From: Candidatus Rokuibacteriota bacterium
GTDB lineage: Bacteria > Methylomirabilota > Methylomirabilia > Rokubacteriales > CSP1-6
DNA: 64,000 nt
Direction: 5' to 3'
Assembly: GCA_003220315.1 (NCBI GenBank)
Contig: QHSA01000134.1
Span: 2,759 to 66,758 of the forward strand
The position numbers were made by a program, and so were the translations under genes. Shown here piece after piece: positions 1-9,863 of this stretch. How positions within the stretch are numbered: position 1 is the stretch's first letter; each line of letters starts with the position of its first letter. Under the pieces are notes generated by a model, which was given only the letters and a program-made list of their open reading frames with translations, did no database searches and was not told the DNA's origin.

Positions 1-110
1 CCGGCGTCGACGAGGAAGCACTCGCCCTCGAGCGAGAGCAGCGTCGCAGGGCCGTGCCGTCGTGGGTTGGGCGGCGGGGAACCGGTGCCGAGGAGAATCG
101 CGCGTAGCAT
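1..110 (-). CDS. MBL-fold metallo-hydrolase (RNase Z/AtsA-like), N-terminal part only; runs off window start
   Basis: Manual translation from ATG at 110: MLRAILLGTGSPPPNPRRHGPATLLSLEGECFLVDAG, the typical LGTG...P....R.......L.D.G start of the family. Not in the ORF track. Confidence 0.75.
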   Translation of the reverse strand, partial: MLRAILLGTGSPPPNPRRHGPATLLSLEGECFLVDA

Positions 111-165
111 GGGGCTCCGTGAGGGGGAGCTACAGCGGATGTTAGCACGAGGCCGCGGCTCGCCC

Positions 166-1776
166 CTAGCGCCGCTTCTTCTTCGCGCGGAGGTCGATCA
201 CGTCCGGGCGGGAGCGTGGGTCCTCACCGCGCGGGAAGATCTGGGTCTTTTGCACCTTTTGGGTTCCGGTGGTCGGCAGGCCCGGGACGAAGAGGATCCA
301 GCCCGGCGCCTTGAAGTACGCGAGCCTGTCCATGCACCAGTCGACGAGCTGCTCGGCGAGCCCGTGGTCGGCCCGGGCGCCCGCCATCGGCACGACGCAG
401 GCCATCACCTCTTCTTCGCGGATCTCGTCCGGCACCGCGAGGACCGCGACCTGGGCCACGGCCTCGTGGGCCTGGAGGGCCGCCTCCACCTCGGCGGCGG
501 CGATGTTCTCGCCCGAGCGCCGGATGATGTTCTTCTTGCGGTCGACGAAATAGAGCATGCCGTCTTCGGCCTGCCGCACGACGTCGCCCGTGTGGAACCA
601 GCCGCCGCGCCACGCCTCCTGGGTCGCCTCCGGGTTCTTGAGGTAGCCCGAGAAGAATCCCCGTCGGGCGTCCGGGCCGGCGCAGCGCACGACGAGTTCG
701 CCCGCCGTCCCGCGCGGGACCTCGCGGTCACCCTCGTCCACCACCCGCGCCTCGAACTCCCCCCCGGGCCGGCCGAAGGCGCGCGTCGACGTCTGTCGCG
801 GATCGTGGCAGTCGCCGAAGATCCGCCCGGTCTCGGTCATGCCCCACACTTCGATCAGCGGGAACCCGAACCGCTTCTCGAAGACTTCGTGGAGCTGGGG
901 CTCGACGCCTGCGCCCAGCCCGAACCTCACGCGGTGCCGGGTCTCCTCGGGGACCCGCGGCTGGTTGAGCAGCAGCGGCGGAACCACCCCGAGGTAGTGG
1001 ATGACGGTCGCGCGCGTCGCCACCACGTCACGCCACCAGCGCGTGGGGCTGAAGCGCTCGGGGAGGATCAGGCCGTTCGCCGTCAAGATCACGCACGTCG
1101 CCGTCACCGCCTGGCAGTTCATGTGAAAGAGCGGGAGGGGGTTCAGGATCCGGTCCCGGCCTCGCTCGAAGGTGACGCGTCCGCCGAGATCCCGGTACCA
1201 GGCGCCGGCGTTCAGGTAGTAGAGGTTCGTGAGGACGCACCCCTTCGGCCGTCCCGTCGTCCCCGAGGTGTAGAGGAGGCTGCACTCGGTGTCGAGTGAC
1301 GGCCCGCCCGCCCGGGGCACCGGGCCAGGCTTCGGAAGCCTCGCGGGCATGGTCTCGACGTTCACGACGGGCAGAGGCTTCAGGCGCTCGCGCGCGACCG
1401 CGTCCAGGTCGGCGACACGGCTCGCGATCGAGACGGCGAGGTCGGCCTCGGAGTGGTCCATCTGGTAGAGCATCTCGTCGTGCCGATAGTCCGGGTTGAT
1501 CGGGACGATCCCGCACCCGAGGCTGTTGAGCGCCAGGTAGTGGAAGAAGAACTCCGGACGGTTCTCGAGCAAGAGCGCGACGCGGTGGCCGTGGCCGTAG
1601 CCCGCCGCGGCGTAGAGCTCCCGCATCCTCACGACCTCGGCTCGCGTGCGGGCGTACGTGAGCTCGACGCCGTCGGGATGGTACGCGCGCCCCGGGGCCG
1701 GCGGCACCACGAGGAAGGCGTTGTCGGGCGCCGTCGCGGCGGTCGCCATGAAGGCCTCGTAGACGGTGGTCGACAT
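166..1776 (-). CDS. ATP-dependent acyl-CoA ligase (CaiC-like, AMP-binding family)
   Basis: YTSGTTGRPKG, WGMTE, WFHTGD and RRSGENI motifs. Start trimmed to ATG 1776 (MSTTVYEAF), which has GAGGTG upstream. Confidence 0.85.
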   Translation of the reverse strand: MSTTVYEAFMATAATAPDNAFLVVPPAPGRAYHPDGVELTYARTRAEVVRMRELYAAAGYGHGHRVALLLENRPEFFFHYLALNSLGCGIVPINPDYRHDEMLYQMDHSEADLAVSIASRVADLDAVARERLKPLPVVNVETMPARLPKPGPVPRAGGPSLDTECSLLYTSGTTGRPKGCVLTNLYYLNAGAWYRDLGGRVTFERGRDRILNPLPLFHMNCQAVTATCVILTANGLILPERFSPTRWWRDVVATRATVIHYLGVVPPLLLNQPRVPEETRHRVRFGLGAGVEPQLHEVFEKRFGFPLIEVWGMTETGRIFGDCHDPRQTSTRAFGRPGGEFEARVVDEGDREVPRGTAGELVVRCAGPDARRGFFSGYLKNPEATQEAWRGGWFHTGDVVRQAEDGMLYFVDRKKNIIRRSGENIAAAEVEAALQAHEAVAQVAVLAVPDEIREEEVMACVVPMAGARADHGLAEQLVDWCMDRLAYFKAPGWILFVPGLPTTGTQKVQKTQIFPRGEDPRSRPDVIDLRAKKKRR

Positions 1777-1834
1777 CGTCACCTCACGCGCGAGCAGGGT
1801 CTCGCCTGCGCCAAGCGACCATCGCCACCCGGGC

Positions 1835-3457
1835 TCAGAAGAGGCCCACGATGTTGCCGTCGAGATCGATGTCGATCGACTCGGCGCCCGGCACTCTCGG
1901 GAGGCCGGGCATCGTGAGGATATCACCGGTGTAGGCGATGACGAATCCGGCCCCGGCCGCGAGCTTCGCCTCGCGGACGCTCACGGTGAAGCCCCGCGGC
2001 CTGCCGGGCTTCTTCGCGTCGTCCGAGAGCGAGTTCTGAGTCTTCGCCATGCACACGGCGAGTCGGCCGTAGCCCGCCGCCTGCCAGTGCTCGAGCTTCG
2101 TCGCCGCCGCGGGCATGAGCCGCACGCCGTCGGCGCCGTAGATCTCGGTGGCGATCGTCTCGATCTTCTTCTCGAGCGTCCAGTCGTCCTGATACAGGTA
2201 GCGGAACGCGGCGGGGTCGGCGGAGCGGACCGCATCGAGCACCGCCTGGGCCAGACCGGTGGCGCCCGCGCCGCCGAGCTCCCACGCACGCACCTCCTCG
2301 GCGCGGGCACCCATCGCGCGGCACGCCTCGAGGATCGCCGCGACCTCCGCGTCGGGGTCGGTCGCGAACCGGTTGAGCGCCACGACGGGCGCCAGGCCGA
2401 AGCGGCGTACGTTCTGGACGTGCTTCGCGAGATTCTCGAGCCCGTGAACCTTCACCGCGCGGACCGTCGCCACGACCACCGCGCAGGCAGGCGCCAGCCC
2501 GCCCGTCCGGCACTTGATGTCGACGAACTTCTCGGCGCCGAGGTCCGTCGCGAAGCCGGCCTCGGTGACGACGACCTCCGCCAGCTTGAGACCGAGGCGG
2601 GTGGCGATGAGGCTCGAGCAGCCGTGGGCGATGTTGCCGAAGGGCCCACCGTGGACGAGCGCCGGCGTCCCCTCGAGCGTCTGGACCAGGTTGGGCTTGA
2701 GCGCCTCCCTGACGAGGGCCGCCATCGCGCCCGCGGCGTGGAGCTGCCCGGCGCTCACGAGGTCGCCGCCCGCGGTCGCACCCACGACCACGCGCTCCGC
2801 ACGCGCCTTGAAGTCGCGGAGGTCCGTCGCCAGACAGAGGATCGCCATGAGCTCGGAGGCTTCGGTGATCTCGAAGCCACTCTCGCGCGGCACGCCGTGG
2901 GCGGGACCGCCCAGCCCGACGATGACGTTCCGGAGGGCGCGGTCGTTCATGTCCACGACGCGCTTCCAGAAAATCTTCCGTGAGTCGAGCGCGAGCGCGT
3001 CGCCCTGCACCAGGTGGTTATCGACCATCGCGGCCAGCAGGTTGTGGGCGGCTCCGACCGCATGGATGTCGCCGGTGAAGTGGAGGTTGATCTCCTCCAT
3101 CGGCGCGACCTGCGCGCGACCGCCGCCGGTCGCGCCACCCTTGGCGCCGAAGACCGGCCCGAGCGCGGGCTGGCGCAGCGCGACGATCGACCGCGAGCCG
3201 AGCTTGCGCAGGCCGTCGGCAAGACCGATCGCGATCGTCGACTTCCCCTCGCCCGCCGGCGTCGGCGTCATCGCCGTCACGAGCACGAGCGCGCCATCGG
3301 GCCGCACGCGAGACCGCTCGATCGCCTTCCAGCGAACCTTGGCCTTGTAGGTGCCGTAGGGCTCGAGATCGTCGGGGTCGAGGCCGAGCGTCTCGGCGAC
3401 CTGCTCGACCGGCCGGAGCTTGACCGCGCGGGCGATCTCCAGGTCTCGGGTGCCCAT
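1835..3457 (-). CDS. fhs: formate--tetrahydrofolate ligase
   Basis: TPAGEGKST, GAKGGATGGG, NLHFTGDIHA, HGGPFGNIAHG, EAGFATDLGAEKF and TMPGLP signatures. Confidence 0.95.
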   Translation of the reverse strand: MGTRDLEIARAVKLRPVEQVAETLGLDPDDLEPYGTYKAKVRWKAIERSRVRPDGALVLVTAMTPTPAGEGKSTIAIGLADGLRKLGSRSIVALRQPALGPVFGAKGGATGGGRAQVAPMEEINLHFTGDIHAVGAAHNLLAAMVDNHLVQGDALALDSRKIFWKRVVDMNDRALRNVIVGLGGPAHGVPRESGFEITEASELMAILCLATDLRDFKARAERVVVGATAGGDLVSAGQLHAAGAMAALVREALKPNLVQTLEGTPALVHGGPFGNIAHGCSSLIATRLGLKLAEVVVTEAGFATDLGAEKFVDIKCRTGGLAPACAVVVATVRAVKVHGLENLAKHVQNVRRFGLAPVVALNRFATDPDAEVAAILEACRAMGARAEEVRAWELGGAGATGLAQAVLDAVRSADPAAFRYLYQDDWTLEKKIETIATEIYGADGVRLMPAAATKLEHWQAAGYGRLAVCMAKTQNSLSDDAKKPGRPRGFTVSVREAKLAAGAGFVIAYTGDILTMPGLPRVPGAESIDIDLDGNIVGLF

Positions 3458-5533
3458 CTACTGGAGCGGGGGCCGCGAGGCCGCGGCAGATCGTGGGTGG
3501 CCTGAGAAAGGCGCGACCCGGCTCCGTAGTTCCAAGACCGATCGTTCGATCATTGTGGCTTCCTCCGTCGTGAGCGGTCGGATCCCGAAGCGGACCTGCT
3601 CGTACGCTGTCGTGAGCCGCGCGAGCGGCTCGGCGCACGGGGGGACCGCGGCCTCGACCCGCTGCGCAAACTCGCGCGCCGTCTCCCCGTCGCCCGGCCG
3701 GAGCCCGCGACGGGCGAGCGTCCGCAGCGCCCGCGCGTAAAAGGTCGGCAGGGCGGCGCGCGCGTCGGCGGCGCCACGACGGCGGGAGGCGAGGAGCACG
3801 GCGAGCAGCGCGACGAGCGCCGCCAGCATGACGAGCCCTCGGGGAAGGGCTCGCCACGCGCGGAGGTCGGGCGCCGAGAGACGCCAGGCGAGCGCCGCCT
3901 GATGGAGCCTGACGGCTGCCAGCACCTGGTCCTGAAGGCTCCAGCCGACGACGTAGCGGTACCAGCGTACCCGCAGCGCGTCCAGGTAGAGCGCCACCGC
4001 GGCGGGCGGCCCCCCGGGCTCGACGCTGCCGCGCGGCGAGGGATCGAAGGTCGCCCACGCGCCGTCCACGTACGCCTCGACCCAGGAGTGCGCGTCGAGG
4101 AGCCGAACGATGAAGTACCGGCCGTAGGGGTTCCACTCGCCCCGCTGGAACCCGTTCACCACACGCGCCGGAATGTCGAGCGACCGGAGCATGACCGCGA
4201 GCGCGGCGGCGAAGTACTCGCAGTTGCCCGACCGCTGGACGAAGAGGAACTCCTCCACCGGATCGAGTGTCGTCGTCCGTCGGAGCGCCAGCGAGTAGCG
4301 ATACCGGCCGGAAAGGTGCGCCGTCAGGACCGCCGCCGCTTCCCGCGCCCCGCGCGTGCCCGCCGTGACCTCGCGGGCCAGCGCCCGGACCGCGGCCGAC
4401 AGCGGCGGGAGCTGGAGAAACCGGGCGCGCGTTTCCCCGTCGAGCGGCTCGCCGGACCAGGAGGCGCCCGACTCGAGCTCGGACTGTGCGATATAGCGGA
4501 ACCGCGCGGCCGCGTTCTGCACGGAGACGCCGCCCGCGTCGTCGACGACGATCGCGTTGGCGCGCACCGAGAGGTGCAGCAGACGCGGCGCCGCGAAGAG
4601 GATGTCGGTGCCGAAGGGCTCGAGGTAGACCTCCTGGATGAGGACGGGCCCCATCGCCTGGAAACGTCCGAGCTCGAACTCCCCCGTCGGCGAGCGCCAG
4701 AGCTCCGACCGCTCGCGCCGCGCGACCGACCACGCGCGCCCGTCGTAGGTGTCGAGGGCGACCCCCCGCCACCGGAGGCCCGGGAGCCGGTCGGGCTCGC
4801 CCACCGCCTGCTCGGGGATGCGCACGCGCATGGCGATCGCGCCGTCAGTCTCGATCTGGCCGAACGAGCCGAGCTCCACGCGCTCGGAGAAGCCGGTGAC
4901 CATCCGGGGCGTGTGGGTCCGGAGCGTGAGGGCCGCCTGACCGATGCGCGGAATCACGAAGAAGAGCGCGCCCGTGATGGCGAGCGTCGCGACCGAGGCT
5001 CCGAGGGACAGCCCGAGGAGGTCTCGGCCGAGGCCCGCCACCGGCGCGTCGGGGCGGGCCGTCGCCCGCTCGGACTCGACGGCGATGTGGTAGAGCATCA
5101 GCATCCACGTGCCCGCCACGAGGAAGACGAGGAACACGAACAGGTAGCCGACTCCGAAGGTGAACGGCGCGGCGGCGACCAGCATGAAAAACGCGAGGAA
5201 CGCCACGTCGCGCAGATCGCGCACGGCGTTGCGCATCGCGAGGCGGTAGAGGAGCAGGAAGAGCAGCAGCCGCGCCAGGCCGTCGAGCATCGAGGCCGCG
5301 AGGTAGCCGAGGTCGACCGCCGACGCGAGCGCGGCGACGAGCACGAACCCGCGCGCGAGCCCCGGCACCGCGTTCACCCGGTCGCGGAGCGGCTCGTTCC
5401 ACCACGTCGCGAGGGCGGCGAGCGCGGCCGCCACGGTGCCCGCGTCGCTGACCAGCCCCGCGAGCTCGAGGGCCGCGAGGCCGTCGCACGCGAGGAGAAG
5501 CGTCGCGAGGCGGAGCGCCACGAAGTGCGACAC
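3458..5533 (-). CDS. DUF3488/transglutaminase-like membrane protein (TgpA family)
   Basis: N-terminal TM helices; catalytic triad motifs GNCEYFA, HSWVE and FDPSP; C-terminal DUF4129-like segment. GTG start. Confidence 0.88.
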   Translation of the reverse strand: MSHFVALRLATLLLACDGLAALELAGLVSDAGTVAAALAALATWWNEPLRDRVNAVPGLARGFVLVAALASAVDLGYLAASMLDGLARLLLFLLLYRLAMRNAVRDLRDVAFLAFFMLVAAAPFTFGVGYLFVFLVFLVAGTWMLMLYHIAVESERATARPDAPVAGLGRDLLGLSLGASVATLAITGALFFVIPRIGQAALTLRTHTPRMVTGFSERVELGSFGQIETDGAIAMRVRIPEQAVGEPDRLPGLRWRGVALDTYDGRAWSVARRERSELWRSPTGEFELGRFQAMGPVLIQEVYLEPFGTDILFAAPRLLHLSVRANAIVVDDAGGVSVQNAAARFRYIAQSELESGASWSGEPLDGETRARFLQLPPLSAAVRALAREVTAGTRGAREAAAVLTAHLSGRYRYSLALRRTTTLDPVEEFLFVQRSGNCEYFAAALAVMLRSLDIPARVVNGFQRGEWNPYGRYFIVRLLDAHSWVEAYVDGAWATFDPSPRGSVEPGGPPAAVALYLDALRVRWYRYVVGWSLQDQVLAAVRLHQAALAWRLSAPDLRAWRALPRGLVMLAALVALLAVLLASRRRGAADARAALPTFYARALRTLARRGLRPGDGETAREFAQRVEAAVPPCAEPLARLTTAYEQVRFGIRPLTTEEATMIERSVLELRSRVAPFSGHPRSAAASRPPLQ

Positions 5534-5535
5534 GC

Positions 5536-6540
5536 TCAGCCGAGCGGCACGCGGAGCTCGCGGAGCCGCGCGTCGGACGGGGGAGGGACGACCCGCGTCG
5601 GCTCGGCGGGAGCGCCGGGATCGAAGAGGGCGAGCGCGGCGAGGACGCGCGTGCGCTGCGCGAGCCCGCTGCCGAGCGGGACGTGGACGCCGGGTCCGAC
5701 CAGCTCGACGGCGGCGCCCTTCTCGAGGAGGTGAACGGCGAGCGACGCCGCCTCGGCGAGGCCGCGCTCGAGCCGCTCGGGATCGCCGCGCCCGGTCCCC
5801 TCGAGCACGAGCCGGGCGTCGAGCCCCGCGTCGGCCTCGAGCTCGCGCACCATCAACGCGGCGGACTTGGCGCTCGACCGCCAGTGGATGAGCCGGGGGT
5901 CGTCGCCGAACCGATACTCGCGCAGATTGTGGAGGCCATGCCCGCGGCCCCGACGAGGCGCGGGGGCGCCGCCGGTGCCGGCGAGCTCACGGCGCCGGTC
6001 GGCCGAGATCGGGCTCACGGCCGGGTAGACGAGAACCTCCGCGCTCGGCGGGAGCTGCGCCGCCTTGACGAACAGGCCGAACGGGAACCGCGTGGCGACC
6101 TTGAAGCCCGCGACCCGCCAGCGCCCCCGCGCCCGTGGGGTCTCCTGCCACGTGACGAGCCGCGCGCCGCCCCCTTCGAGCTTCGCGAGATACGCGCGAT
6201 GCCCTCCGCCCAAGACCTCGACGGTGATCGAGTAGGAGGTGCGCCAGCGCTTGCGGTTGACCACCCGGGCCGCGACGAGCGCGGCCTGTCCGGCGAAGAG
6301 CTCGGCGGGCAGGGCGGGCTCGACGCGCACTCGACGGATCGACTGCTCGGAGAGCACCCCCGACACGATGATCAGGCCGAGCAGCATCGAGACGAGGAGA
6401 TAGAAGAGATTGTTCCCGGTGTTGATGGCGGCGAATCCGAGGCCGAGCGCGGCGCCGAGGCACCACCAGCCGTCGCGCGTGGGCCAGAGCGTGCGTCGCG
6501 GCCACGCGAGCCACCAGCCGACCCGACGCCCAGATGTCAC
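5536..6540 (-). CDS. DUF58 domain protein
   Basis: AINTGNNL, TRFPFGLF and LREYRFGDDPRLIHWRSSAK motifs; sits between MoxR and TgpA genes. Confidence 0.9.
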   Translation of the reverse strand: MTSGRRVGWWLAWPRRTLWPTRDGWWCLGAALGLGFAAINTGNNLFYLLVSMLLGLIIVSGVLSEQSIRRVRVEPALPAELFAGQAALVAARVVNRKRWRTSYSITVEVLGGGHRAYLAKLEGGGARLVTWQETPRARGRWRVAGFKVATRFPFGLFVKAAQLPPSAEVLVYPAVSPISADRRRELAGTGGAPAPRRGRGHGLHNLREYRFGDDPRLIHWRSSAKSAALMVRELEADAGLDARLVLEGTGRGDPERLERGLAEAASLAVHLLEKGAAVELVGPGVHVPLGSGLAQRTRVLAALALFDPGAPAEPTRVVPPPSDARLRELRVPLG

Positions 6541-6544
6541 GCGG

Positions 6545-6709
6545 GAGTCACCGGGGATGGGTCGCCGGGCGGGGGGTAGCGAGACCCGTTCCCGCCGCGT
6601 CGAATGCGGACGTCACGGCGCCGCGATGGAGCCCAGCCACGACGGGTCATGCGCACGCGAGCCGCGTGGTCGAGCCGCCCCCCGCCCGGCGACCCATCCC
6701 CGGTGGCTC
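6545..6709. repeat. ~165-bp element bounded by a perfect 28-bp inverted repeat (MITE/REP-like)
   Basis: 6549-6576 caccggggatgggtcgccgggcgggggg is the exact reverse complement of 6678-6705. Inner 7-bp IR gacccgt (6583-6589) / acgggtc (6642-6648). Confidence 0.75.
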
Positions 6710-6717
6710 ACCGCGCG

Positions 6718-7659
6718 TCACCGCGGCACCGGGACTTCGTGGGCGATGGCGCGGATGACGGACTCGGCATCGACGCCGCCGTCGCGCGGCCGGCCGGTGG
6801 CGCCCCGCACGAGCACGCGGTGGGCGAGCGCCGGAACGGCGAGCGTCTTGACGTCGTCGGGCACGAGGTAGTCGCGGCCGTCGGCGAGCGCCCACGCGCG
6901 CGCCGCGCGGAGGAGCGCGAGCGCGCCGCGCGGACTCACGCCGAGCGGGAGGAGCGGCGACGCGCGCGTCGCCGCGACGAGCGTCATCACGTAATCGAGG
7001 ATCGGCTCCTCGGCGTGCACGCGCTCGGCCTCCGCCTGGAGGTGGAGCACCTCCTCGACGCCGAGCACCGGGACGAGCGCGTCCGCCGACGGCACACCGG
7101 TGCCGCGCAGGATCGTCTTCTCGTCGCCGCTCGCGGGGTAGCCGATCCGGATGCGCAAGAGGAACCGGTCGAGCTGCGATTCGGGCAACGGGTGCGTCCC
7201 CTCGTACTCGAGCGGGTTCTGAGTCGCGAGCACCATGAAGGGACGCGGCAACTGGTACGTCGAGTGGTCGAGCGACACCTGGGTTTCATTCATCGCTTCC
7301 AGCAGACTCGATTGGGTCTTCGGGGTGGTTCGATTGATCTCGTCGGCCAGGACGATGTTGGTGAAGAGGGGGCCCGGCTTGAAGACGAACGCGCTGCGCT
7401 CGGGCTGCCAGACCGAGACGCCGAGGATATCGGACGGGAGCATGTCGGAGGTGAACTGGATGCGCTGGAAGCCGGCGCCGATGGATCGCGCCAGCGCGGC
7501 GGCCAGCGTGGTCTTGCCGACGCCGGGCACGTCCTCGATCAGCAGGTGACCGCGCGCCACCAGGCCGATCACGGCGAGGCGCACCACCTCCGGCTTGCCG
7601 ACCAGGGCGCGGCCGACGTTCGTCTCCAACCGGCGGATCAGCTCGAGCGCACGGCCCAT
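6718..7659 (-). CDS. moxR: MoxR family AAA+ ATPase
   Basis: EDVPGVGKT, RIQFTSDMLPSD, DEINRTTPKTQSSLLEAM, ATQNP and LPESQLDRF motifs. Confidence 0.93.
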   Translation of the reverse strand: MGRALELIRRLETNVGRALVGKPEVVRLAVIGLVARGHLLIEDVPGVGKTTLAAALARSIGAGFQRIQFTSDMLPSDILGVSVWQPERSAFVFKPGPLFTNIVLADEINRTTPKTQSSLLEAMNETQVSLDHSTYQLPRPFMVLATQNPLEYEGTHPLPESQLDRFLLRIRIGYPASGDEKTILRGTGVPSADALVPVLGVEEVLHLQAEAERVHAEEPILDYVMTLVAATRASPLLPLGVSPRGALALLRAARAWALADGRDYLVPDDVKTLAVPALAHRVLVRGATGRPRDGGVDAESVIRAIAHEVPVPR

Positions 7660-7700
7660 GCTCCACTCATATCACCGGACGGAGCGTGCGCAAAGCGACG

Positions 7701-8351
7701 TCAGGACGGGCGCGCGAGGCGCGCCTCGGCCCGCTGGGCGAGCCGGGTCAGGGGAAAGCAGATGACGAAGTAGATGGCGGCCGTGACCGTATAGATCTCG
7801 AACGAGCGCAGCGTGCGCTCGATGGTCTCCTGCGCGGCCCGGGTGAGCTCGAAGACGCCGATGATCGCCGCCAGCGAGGTGTCCTTGATCAGAATCGTGC
7901 AGAGGCCGACGAAGGGCGGGATCATGCGGCGGACCGCCTGGGGGACGATCACGTGGCGCATCATGGGGACCCAGCCGAGGCCGAGCGAGCGCGCCGCCTC
8001 GACTTGGCCCGTCGGGATCGACTGGATGCCGCCCCGCACCACTTCGGCGGTGTTGACCATCATCCAGAGGCTCATCGCGAGGACGGCGGCGGGCAGGGTC
8101 GGGAGCCCGACTCCGATCGCCGGCAGCCCGAAGAAGATGAAGAACATCAGGAGCAGGAGCGGGACGGCGCGGACTACCTCGACGGCCCAGCCGATCCCCC
8201 TCCCGACCCCCCGCCATGGCACGAAGCGGAGCACGCCCAGGGTCAGCCCCGCCGCGGTGCCGAGCGCGATCACGGCGAGCGACAGGCCGACGGTGACGAG
8301 CGTGCCGCGGAGGAGGTACGGGAGGCTCTCGAGAACGACGCGGGCGCTCAT
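7701..8351 (-). CDS. polar amino acid ABC transporter permease
   Basis: RAVPLLL, EVVRGGIQSIPTGQVEAARSLGL (EAA motif) and KDTSLA. ATG 8351 overlaps the upstream stop. Confidence 0.9.
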   Translation of the reverse strand: MSARVVLESLPYLLRGTLVTVGLSLAVIALGTAAGLTLGVLRFVPWRGVGRGIGWAVEVVRAVPLLLLMFFIFFGLPAIGVGLPTLPAAVLAMSLWMMVNTAEVVRGGIQSIPTGQVEAARSLGLGWVPMMRHVIVPQAVRRMIPPFVGLCTILIKDTSLAAIIGVFELTRAAQETIERTLRSFEIYTVTAAIYFVICFPLTRLAQRAEARLARPS

Positions 8352-9025
8352 CGCGCCCGGGCCATCCTGCGCTCGGCCAGGTGGAGGGCGCGAGTCAGGG
8401 CCAGCACGAGCAGGACGTAGAGCAGGGCGGCGGCGCCGTAGATCTCGAAGGTGCGGAAGTTGTTGAAGGCAATGTCGTTGGCGACGAACATCAGCTCGAC
8501 CATGCCGATCGTCGAGACCAGCGACGAGTTCTTGACGAGCGAGACAAGGTTGTTGCCGAGGGCCGGGAACGCGATCCGGATCGCCTGGGGAACGATCACG
8601 AACCTCAGGGCGCCGAGCTCGGAGAGGCCGATCGAGCGCGCGGCCTCGTGCTGGCCCCGCGGCACCGCCTCGAGCCCCGCGCGGAAGATCTCGGCGTTGT
8701 ACGCCGCGGCATAGAGCACGAGGGCCGAGAGCCCCGACAGGAAGGGCGAGAGCCGCCACCCGAGCTGCGGCAGCCCGAAGTAGACGATGAAGATCTGGAT
8801 CAGGAGCGGGGTGTTACGGAAGACCTCCACGTACGCCCGCACGAGCGGGCGCGCGAGGCCGCCCCGCACCTCGGTGAGCGCCGCCAGGACGAGCCCCAGC
8901 GCGACCGCCACCACCATGGCCAGGGCCGAGACGAACACGGTGAACGCCGCGCCCTGGAGGAGGTAGGGCAGGCCCCGCCAGACGGCGGACCACGCGAACG
9001 AGTAGGCGGTCGGCCCGGCCGTCAC
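8348..9025 (-). CDS. polar amino acid ABC transporter permease
   Basis: FRNTPLLIQ, EIFRAGLEAVPRGQHEAARSIGL and KNSSL. GTG start at 9025. Confidence 0.9.
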   Translation of the reverse strand: MTAGPTAYSFAWSAVWRGLPYLLQGAAFTVFVSALAMVVAVALGLVLAALTEVRGGLARPLVRAYVEVFRNTPLLIQIFIVYFGLPQLGWRLSPFLSGLSALVLYAAAYNAEIFRAGLEAVPRGQHEAARSIGLSELGALRFVIVPQAIRIAFPALGNNLVSLVKNSSLVSTIGMVELMFVANDIAFNNFRTFEIYGAAALLYVLLVLALTRALHLAERRMARAR

Positions 9026-9828
9026 GGCTTGACGAGGTTCGCCTCCACGTCGGCGAAATACGTCTTCCAGAGCCGGTCGTAGGTCCCGTCCCTCCGCATC
9101 CGCGCGAGCTCCGCGTTCACCCACGTGATGAACGCGGTGTCGCCCTTGCGCACCGCGATGCCGTACGGACGCGGCACGAAGGGCTTGCCGACGACCTTGA
9201 GGTCCGGGTTCTCCTTGGCGAGGCTCAGGATGACGATGTCGTCGTGCACGTAGGCGTCGGCGCGCCCGCCCTTGACCGCCAGGACGGCCTCCGAGACCTT
9301 GCCGAACTTGACCCGGTCGGCCTTCGGCATGAGCTCGGCGACGTCCTTGTCCTGGATGGCGCCCTGGACCACGGCGACGGTCTTCCCCGCCATGTCCTCG
9401 AGCCCGCGGGCCGTCGAGGCCCTGGGCACGAGCAGCAGCGAGCCCGACAGGAAGTACGGCTCCGAGAACTCGACCACCTGACGGCGCTCGTCGGTGATCG
9501 TCACGGTCGCGATGATGATGTCGATCTTCCCCGACTGGAGGAAGGGGATGCGGTTGCCGGAGGTGACCGCGACCAGCTCGACCTGGTTCGCGTCGTTGAA
9601 GAGCGCCTGGGCGAAGCGGTGGGCGACGTCCACGTCGAAGCCGACGTTCCTCCCACTCGCGTCGATCGTCCCGAAGGGCGGGAAGTCGGTCTTCACGCCC
9701 GCGATGAGCTTCCCCCGCTTCTTCACGACCTCGAGCGTTGACTGCGCGTCGGCCGGCCCCGGTCCACCGAGCAGCAGGGCGAGCCCGACCGCCACGGCCG
9801 CAGCGAGTCCGCGTCGCGTCCGTTCCAT
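9022..9828 (-). CDS. polar amino acid ABC transporter substrate-binding protein (family 3)
   Basis: Signal peptide, DFPPFG, GFDVDVA and RIPFLQSGKID. ATG 9828 preceded by GGAGGAGGTG. Confidence 0.9.
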   Translation of the reverse strand: MERTRRGLAAAVAVGLALLLGGPGPADAQSTLEVVKKRGKLIAGVKTDFPPFGTIDASGRNVGFDVDVAHRFAQALFNDANQVELVAVTSGNRIPFLQSGKIDIIIATVTITDERRQVVEFSEPYFLSGSLLLVPRASTARGLEDMAGKTVAVVQGAIQDKDVAELMPKADRVKFGKVSEAVLAVKGGRADAYVHDDIVILSLAKENPDLKVVGKPFVPRPYGIAVRKGDTAFITWVNAELARMRRDGTYDRLWKTYFADVEANLVKP

Positions 9829-9863
9829 GAGCGGCACCTCCTCCGATGGCCGGTGGTGGAGCA

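Noticed and set aside
111-165. tRNA-like start (ccgctgtagctc on the minus strand)
   Set aside because: No D-arm, anticodon arm or T-arm; more simply the promoter region of the MBL gene.
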